A stretch of 64,000 nucleotides of DNA from Tepidisphaera sp. (lineage in GTDB: Bacteria > Planctomycetota > Phycisphaerae > Phycisphaerales > UBA1924): assembly GCA_050916045.1 (NCBI GenBank), contig CP051526.1:1-64000 (forward strand). The letters run 5' to 3'. Both the position numbers and the translations under genes were made by a program. How positions within the stretch are numbered: the stretch's first letter is position 1; each line of letters starts with the position of its first letter. Shown here in pieces: positions 58,385-64,000 of the stretch. The notes under the pieces were generated by a model, which searched no databases, had not been told where the DNA came from, and worked only from the letters and a program-made list of their open reading frames with translations.

Positions 58385-58745
58385 GTCTTTGGGCCTTTCG
58401 TGCGGCTCCGGCTTTGCCGGCGGCGTGGGCTTCGAGCTTGGCTTTCAGGTCAGCGACGTGCCCGCCCCAGAAGCGGCTGTACTCGTCGGTCCAGCGGTCG
58501 TAGACCTGCTGGATGGGCATGAGGTTGAGGAAGAGCTTGCGTTCGCGGCCCACCTTGTGCGCCAAGACGAGATTCGCGGCTTCCAGGACCTTCACGTGCT
58601 TGAGCACGCCGACGCTCGACATGTCAAAGTGCTGAGCGAGCGCGGCGACCGTCAGGCCCGGCTTGGCTTGGAGCAGGTCGAGCATCCGGCGTCGCTCACG
58701 GCTCGCAAGGGCTGAAAAGAGGCTGTCGAGCTCGTCGAGGTTCAT
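58377..58745 (-). CDS. ArsR/SmtB family transcriptional regulator
   Basis: FSALASRERRRMLDLL, LAQHFDMS...VLKHVKVLEAANLV, GRER. Confidence 0.92.
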   Translation of the reverse strand: MNLDELDSLFSALASRERRRMLDLLQAKPGLTVAALAQHFDMSSVGVLKHVKVLEAANLVLAHKVGRERKLFLNLMPIQQVYDRWTDEYSRFWGGHVADLKAKLEAHAAGKAGAARKAQRHA

Positions 58746-58748
58746 GAC

Positions 58749-58785
58749 TAACCGAAAGGTTATCGATAAGCCGCCGGCGTGTCAA
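58749..58785 (-). promoter_or_regulatory. Sigma-70 promoter with overlapping ArsR-type operator
   Basis: Minus strand TTGACA-17-TAACCT; palindrome TAACC-GAAA-GGTTA at 58749-58762 overlaps the -10. Confidence 0.75.
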
Positions 58786-58851
58786 GCCCAAAGGCACCTT
58801 TGGGCCGGAATGTCTCTGATCTGCGGCGCGGCGGCCTTGGTACCCTCGCCC

Positions 58852-60087
58852 ATGCGAACCACGCCGCTTCTCATGCTTCTTGGATCAGGGGAACTCGGAC
58901 GCGAGGTCGTCATCTCGGCCAAGCGGCTCGGATGCTCGGTCATCGCGGTTGACTCCTACGCCGGTGCTCCCGCCATGCAGGTCGCCGACGGGTTCGAGGT
59001 CCTCAACATGCTCGATGGCGACGCTCTCGAAGCCGTCATTCGCAAGCATGCTCCGGACTTCGTCGTCCCCGAGATCGAAGCCATCCGCACCGAGCGCCTC
59101 GTCAAGCTCGAAGCCCAAGGTCAAAGCGTCGTCCCCTCCGCCCGCGCCGCTCACCTCACCATGAACCGCGACGCGATCCGCGACCTTGCTTCTCGCGAGC
59201 TCAAGCTTCCCACCGCCCGGTTCGCCTACGCCGAGTCCGCGGAGGAACTCCGACGCATCGTCCTTGAAGGCAGGAGCCCCGTCGGTCTCCCCTGCGTCAT
59301 CAAGCCCGTGATGTCCTCAAGCGGCAAAGGCCAGTCGGTCGCGAAGAAGCCCGCGGACCTCGTGAAGTCATGGGACTACGCCTGTGAGGGCATGCGCGGC
59401 GACACCCGGCGCGTCATTGCGGAAGAGTTCATCGACTTTGACTACGAGATCACCGTGCTCACCATCCGCCAGCGGGCGGTCGTGGGCGGAAAGAAACTCG
59501 CCGAGAAGGACCGGACCCTCTTCGTCCGCCCCATCGGCCACCGCCAGGAACGCGGCGATTATCAGGAATCGTGGGCTCCGTGCGCGATGAAGCCCGCCCT
59601 CGTCAGAAAAGCCCAGGCCATGGCCCGCGCCATCACCTCCGAGATCGCGGGCAAGCACGGCGCCGGGCTCTTCGGCGTTGAGTTCTTCGTCAAGGGCGAC
59701 CGCGTCATCTTCAGCGAGCTTTCACCCCGCCCGCACGACACCGGCATGGTCACCATGATCGGCCAGGACCTCAGCGAGTTCGACCTGCACGTCCGGGCCA
59801 TTCTCGGACTCCCGATCCCCGCGATCCACTACGGGACCGGCAAGCACGCCGCCGCCGCGAGCGCCGTGATCCTCGCGCACGAAGCGTCCAGCGAGCCGCC
59901 GTCGTACGAAGGGGTCGAGAAGGCCCTCGCCCTCCCCACCGTCCAGGTCAGACTCTTCGGCAAGCCCAGCACGCGCAAGTACCGCCGGATGGGTGTCGTT
60001 CTCGCGACCGCCGCGACCGCCACCGCCGCCCGAAAGCTCGCAAAAAAGGCCGCCGCGATGGTCAAGGTCAAAACCGGCCGCAAATAG
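58852..60087 (+). CDS. purT: Formate-dependent phosphoribosylglycinamide formyltransferase
   Basis: LLGSGELGREV, VPEIEAI, KPVMSSSGKGQS, GDYQESW, SELSPRPHDTG, RRMGV. Confidence 0.97.
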   Translation: MRTTPLLMLLGSGELGREVVISAKRLGCSVIAVDSYAGAPAMQVADGFEVLNMLDGDALEAVIRKHAPDFVVPEIEAIRTERLVKLEAQGQSVVPSARAAHLTMNRDAIRDLASRELKLPTARFAYAESAEELRRIVLEGRSPVGLPCVIKPVMSSSGKGQSVAKKPADLVKSWDYACEGMRGDTRRVIAEEFIDFDYEITVLTIRQRAVVGGKKLAEKDRTLFVRPIGHRQERGDYQESWAPCAMKPALVRKAQAMARAITSEIAGKHGAGLFGVEFFVKGDRVIFSELSPRPHDTGMVTMIGQDLSEFDLHVRAILGLPIPAIHYGTGKHAAAASAVILAHEASSEPPSYEGVEKALALPTVQVRLFGKPSTRKYRRMGVVLATAATATAARKLAKKAAAMVKVKTGRK

Positions 60088-60237
60088 CCTTGCGTTTTCC
60101 TTCCTCCCGTGGCATACTGATCCTGTCGCCCGATTCTGACGGGCGGCATGGGCCTCGTCCTCCGCTGCGTTCTGCTCCGCGGAGGCCTGATCCGCCCGGG
60201 CACGGCATCATCCCCGCCACGCGGGGGAGGTACGTCG

Positions 60238-60642
60238 ATGGCCGAACACGTGTACCGTCCGCAATCGTCCGCCGCCTCAACCCCGTCGCAATCCTCGGGG
60301 TTGCCGCCCATCGGCGTCGCTCCGCCGCCCGCTCCCGCGAGCGGCGGGCACGCCGTTGAGGAGGTCAAGCCCAAGATCCACGGGTTTGCAAGCGGCCGGC
60401 CCACCGAATCCGTCGAGTCCCGTTGGAAACGTCCGCTTCAGAAATCCGGCACCGGCGCAACGCACGTTCGCACGTTCTCCGGAAGCCTGACGGCCCACGG
60501 GCTTGAGTATCTCGACCGCCACATCAACGAGTGGCTCGACGCGCACCCGGAAGCCGAGGTGAAGTTCGCGACGCTCCAAGTCGGCGATATGCCGACGGCG
60601 ACGGGCCGCGAACCGGCGCTCATCGCGCAGGTCTGGATTTGA
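60238..60642 (+). CDS. Conserved-looking hypothetical protein
   Basis: GGAGG RBS; low-complexity N-terminus, C-terminal GATHVRTF...YLDRHINEWLD.HP. Confidence 0.7.
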   Translation: MAEHVYRPQSSAASTPSQSSGLPPIGVAPPPAPASGGHAVEEVKPKIHGFASGRPTESVESRWKRPLQKSGTGATHVRTFSGSLTAHGLEYLDRHINEWLDAHPEAEVKFATLQVGDMPTATGREPALIAQVWI

Positions 60643-60721
60643 ACGCGCCGCGGGTCAGAGGTGCAAACCCGGTCATCCCCGGTTCACCCGATCGCGACTC
60701 GCGCTCAGTACACTGCTGCTC

Positions 60722-61837
60722 ATGAGGTTCTGGTCTCGGATGGTGATTGTCGCGGCGTCCGCAGCGGCGAGCTTGGCTCTCGCGGGGTGCGTCGCCGCGC
60801 CCGCGCCCAGGCTTCGTCTTGGCTCCATGCCCTTCACGGGGTTTATGACGCTTTACTCCCAAGCCGACACGCGTGAACTCGGCGTGCATCGGTACGGACC
60901 TTGGTGGGACCGAATCGCGGGCCCGTCGGAATCCGGCCGCGGCACGATGTACTCCTGTTCCGTCGGATTCCTCGACCTCTCGCACATCCGCGAGTACATG
61001 GACTGGACGAAGTATGTCCACGACCGCCTTCGCGAGCGTCTGCGCGCGGAAGAGCCGCTTGCCGCTCCGGCGGAATTCTCGTGGACGAATGGCGACTTTG
61101 TGCTGACGGTCACCCCGCCGGCATGGCTTGCCACGCTCCCTCCGGCCGAGCGGGAAGCGGCGGTTCAGGATGCTTCGATCCGCCTCGCCCAGCGGTGCGC
61201 GGTGATCATCGCCACCTGGCACGAGATCGCGACGTGGTACGGGCACTCGACGGTCCCCGGCGTGTCAGAGAAGCGGTCGGCTTTCACGTGGGACGATACC
61301 ACCTCGCACGCGGCCGCCGCGATCATCGCCGGCCAGGCGCTTCGGTCCGCTGAACCAATGTGGGACGTCGCCGCGACGGCCGCGCTCGAGTGCCAGCTTC
61401 GATTCCTCGGCGTGCTCGACCCGGCGCAGGAGGCCCTTGCCGTCAGCATGAGCAAGGACCTGTGGTGGGCCGACAGCACGCCGCTCCGACGCGACCTGGA
61501 CACCGGCCTCGAGACCGGGTTCAAGACGCCGTGGCTCGTCCCCGGCTTGCCGTTCTGCGCGGGAGCCGTTCCCGCTCGATTGCCGGTGGAATTGCCGCCC
61601 GAGCGGTGGGGGGATGGGTCCGATCGGAGCTGGGCCGGATCCGTGCGGCTGACAATCGGCATGTCGCGGTGGCTTGCACGGCGGGTGATGGGGACGGACG
61701 AAGGACCGACGCAGACGATCGTCGACGCGGAAAGCGACATGCCCGGCATCATGGCCCGACTCCGCGAGCACGTGCTCGCCGAGTGCGGCCCCATGGGCGA
61801 CCAGCCCGACCCGCCGCCGGCTTCCGCCGCGAAGTAA
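60722..61837 (+). CDS. Lipoprotein, DUF4056-like
   Basis: Lipobox LAGC; G..YSC..GFLDLSHIR, WHEIATWYG, SAF. Confidence 0.7.
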   Translation: MRFWSRMVIVAASAAASLALAGCVAAPAPRLRLGSMPFTGFMTLYSQADTRELGVHRYGPWWDRIAGPSESGRGTMYSCSVGFLDLSHIREYMDWTKYVHDRLRERLRAEEPLAAPAEFSWTNGDFVLTVTPPAWLATLPPAEREAAVQDASIRLAQRCAVIIATWHEIATWYGHSTVPGVSEKRSAFTWDDTTSHAAAAIIAGQALRSAEPMWDVAATAALECQLRFLGVLDPAQEALAVSMSKDLWWADSTPLRRDLDTGLETGFKTPWLVPGLPFCAGAVPARLPVELPPERWGDGSDRSWAGSVRLTIGMSRWLARRVMGTDEGPTQTIVDAESDMPGIMARLREHVLAECGPMGDQPDPPPASAAK

Positions 61838-61844
61838 GGCCAGT

Positions 61845-63467
61845 TCAGCGAACCAGGCCGTGCTTGCGGAGATGTTCGACCATCTGCGACTCGAACGCTT
61901 GAATCTCCGCGCTCGCGAAGATCGAGCCATGGTCGAGCTTCGGCACGATCGTGATGAAACCGGCACTCTTCGTGCCGCCCGGGGTGAGCTTCTCCACGTC
62001 CTGCTTGAGCAGCATCACCGCCTGCTCCAGGAAGAAATTGTCCTCGCTTCCGACGACGAGCCGGATGTTGTCGCGGAAGATCGGCACGAACCGGTCGGGG
62101 TCCTTGCGGAGACGGTCGGCGATGTCGTACTTCCGATACTGCTCGGCGACCTTGTGGTCGAGAAAGCCGTTGATCTGGAAGAGAGCGGCGGGGTTGCCGG
62201 CGGCGTTCCGCGGGCCGAAAACGGCGAACCACGAGTCCCACTGCTGGCCGCTCGTGTTGTCGGGACCGAGGATGTCTTCGCCCCGGGCTTCGCGCTCGAT
62301 CGTCATGACGGGCTTGTCGTTGCGACGGTAGCTGACGATCAGGTCGGAACCGCTGGGAACGTTCTCACGCGTGAGCGACTGCGGCACCTTGGCAAGTCGC
62401 GACCGAACGGCGTCCTGCTTGGTGTCAAAGGCGCCATCTAACCCGTTGTCGAGCGCGAACATCGACCGGTCCTCGTAGATATCCACAAGCTGAAACGCCC
62501 GAAAGTCCACGGGGTCCGGGCTGCTGCTCCAGCACGCGCCGAAGATCGTCGGATACTCCGTCGCGAGCCAAAGCGTGCTCCAGCCGCCGGAGGAATGGCC
62601 GCGAAGCATGCGAGCCTCGGGCTTGGCGATCAGGGGGAACTTCTTCTCGAGCGCGGGGATCAGCTCTTCGACGAGCGCCTTGCCGCACGGGCCGTTGTTC
62701 GCGGAATCCGCGAAAAGCGTGTGGCCGTTGGGGCCCTCGGGGTCGAGCACGATCCAGAACGCGCTTTCGGCCAGGTCGTCATCCTTCCCGCCGCGCCCGC
62801 GACGGCGAGCGATGCCCCGGGCTCCCTCGTCATTCCCGCCGAAGCCCGGCACCTCGTACACCGCGGCGTACGTCTTCGTCGCGTCGTAATTCTTGGGAAG
62901 CACGACGCCCGCCCGGAGCATCACATCCGTGCCGCGGAACTTGGACAGAAGCTCCGACCGCACGCTGAACCACTCGACGCCCGCCGTCGGCGGCCGCTTG
63001 TTCTCGCCCGTGACCGCGTCGAGATTCAGCTCGACCGACGCGTTTTCGCCCGGGGCATTGATCTTGAGCGTCGCCTTTGCTTTCGTGTAGAGGTTGCCGG
63101 GCTCACGCTTCCATTCGCTATCGAGCCGCTTGGCGTCAAGCCGCGCCTGCACCTCGTACGTCCCCGGCTTGAGGCCATCGATCGCCGAGGGAAACGCGTC
63201 CGCGCCGTTCCCGACTTCGACGATCTGTCCCGGCTTCATGTCCTTGACGTCGATCGCGAAAAGCGGTTGCCCTTCCTCCCAGAATGGACCGTCGAGCGGC
63301 TGGGTCTCCGGCCCCAGCGTCGAGTCGGCGGACTTCATCAGCACGATGAGCCTGCCGCTGACCGGCGTCGCCCGGACGGATTCGTCGAACTTCACCCGGA
63401 CCACCGGCCCGGCAATGGCGGACGATCCGAGACCCAACGCGGCGAGCATGCAGAGTGCGGTGCGCAT
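61845..63467 (-). CDS. Secreted alpha/beta hydrolase (esterase family)
   Basis: Signal peptide, DSANNGP, GHSSGGW nucleophile elbow, SPDPVDF. Confidence 0.88.
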   Translation of the reverse strand: MRTALCMLAALGLGSSAIAGPVVRVKFDESVRATPVSGRLIVLMKSADSTLGPETQPLDGPFWEEGQPLFAIDVKDMKPGQIVEVGNGADAFPSAIDGLKPGTYEVQARLDAKRLDSEWKREPGNLYTKAKATLKINAPGENASVELNLDAVTGENKRPPTAGVEWFSVRSELLSKFRGTDVMLRAGVVLPKNYDATKTYAAVYEVPGFGGNDEGARGIARRRGRGGKDDDLAESAFWIVLDPEGPNGHTLFADSANNGPCGKALVEELIPALEKKFPLIAKPEARMLRGHSSGGWSTLWLATEYPTIFGACWSSSPDPVDFRAFQLVDIYEDRSMFALDNGLDGAFDTKQDAVRSRLAKVPQSLTRENVPSGSDLIVSYRRNDKPVMTIEREARGEDILGPDNTSGQQWDSWFAVFGPRNAAGNPAALFQINGFLDHKVAEQYRKYDIADRLRKDPDRFVPIFRDNIRLVVGSEDNFFLEQAVMLLKQDVEKLTPGGTKSAGFITIVPKLDHGSIFASAEIQAFESQMVEHLRKHGLVR

Positions 63468-63483
63468 GCCGCATCGTACCGGC

Positions 63484-64000
63484 TCAGCCCCGGCGCGTGT
63501 GCAGCTTGGTCTTGGTCTTGTCGATCACGACCGCGAGCACGATCGCCACGCCCATCACGATCTTGTTGTAGTTCGAATCCACCTCGAGCATGACCATCCC
63601 GTTGTTGATCATCTCGATCAGGATCGCGCCCAGCACCGCTCCGATCGCGGACCCGCGCCCACCCGCAAGCGACGCTCCCCCGATCACCGTCGCCGCGATC
63701 ACCTGAAGCTCAAGGCCCTTGCCCGCGCTCGGCGAAGCCGACTGCCAGTATCCCAGGTTCACCGCGGCCGAGAGGCCCGCCAGCGCCCCCGCCACCGTGT
63801 ACACCATGATCTTCGTCCGCCCGACCGGGATCCCCGCGTACATCGCGGCTTTCTCGTTGTCGCCGATCGCGAGCGTCCGCCGCCCGAGCACCATCCGCTT
63901 GAGCACGATCGTCCCCACCACCGTCGTCAGCACCATGCAGAAGACCGGCACCGGATAGACCCCGGCGAATCGGGCTTTGAAGAAGTCATCCCCGAACCCC
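63484..64000 (-). CDS. Sugar ABC transporter permease (RbsC-like), 3' part only
   Basis: GRRTLAIGDNEKAA.YAGI, ELQVIAATVIGGASLAGGRG; ORF runs off the window. Confidence 0.9.
   Translation of the reverse strand, partial: GFGDDFFKARFAGVYPVPVFCMVLTTVVGTIVLKRMVLGRRTLAIGDNEKAAMYAGIPVGRTKIMVYTVAGALAGLSAAVNLGYWQSASPSAGKGLELQVIAATVIGGASLAGGRGSAIGAVLGAILIEMINNGMVMLEVDSNYNKIVMGVAIVLAVVIDKTKTKLHTRRG

Noticed and set aside
58786..58851. Possible ZTP or purine riboswitch before purT
   Set aside because: No pfl or purine aptamer consensus, only a short GCCCAAAGG/CCTTTGGGC hairpin, and purT looks leaderless
1..64000. tRNA/rRNA genes, IS elements, integrases, prophage
   Set aside because: No cloverleaf, rRNA, transposase or phage signatures recognised by eye

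Overview
High-GC bacterial chromosome window that begins at dnaA, most likely a Planctomycete of the class Phycisphaerae. This is inferred from GC-type dockerin tails, PEP-CTERM-like IPTPG/VPAPG tails, a prepilin-like H-X9-DG protein and a LolA-like secreted protein. Core genes include dnaA with a downstream oriC-like region, mutM, tadA, tatC, lysS, pyrE, a dciA-like gene, parB with two parS sites, clpB, dnaE, uvrC and purT, interspersed with many secreted proteins. No tRNA, rRNA, CRISPR array or IS element was recognised. Main leads: (1) an ECF sigma/anti-sigma operon encoding an exported RGG-repeat protein and a PDZ protein that share a near-identical C-terminal coiled-coil motif; (2) an oriC carrying a second repeated motif, TGTCGG(A/T)T, beside the DnaA boxes; (3) a three-member family of unannotated secreted helical proteins; (4) an orphan S-4TM-like membrane gene; (5) a Rok-like nucleoid protein candidate after parB; (6) a recurrent TAnnnT-N5/6-start leaderless promoter pattern. 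All calls were made by eye; no database searches were run.
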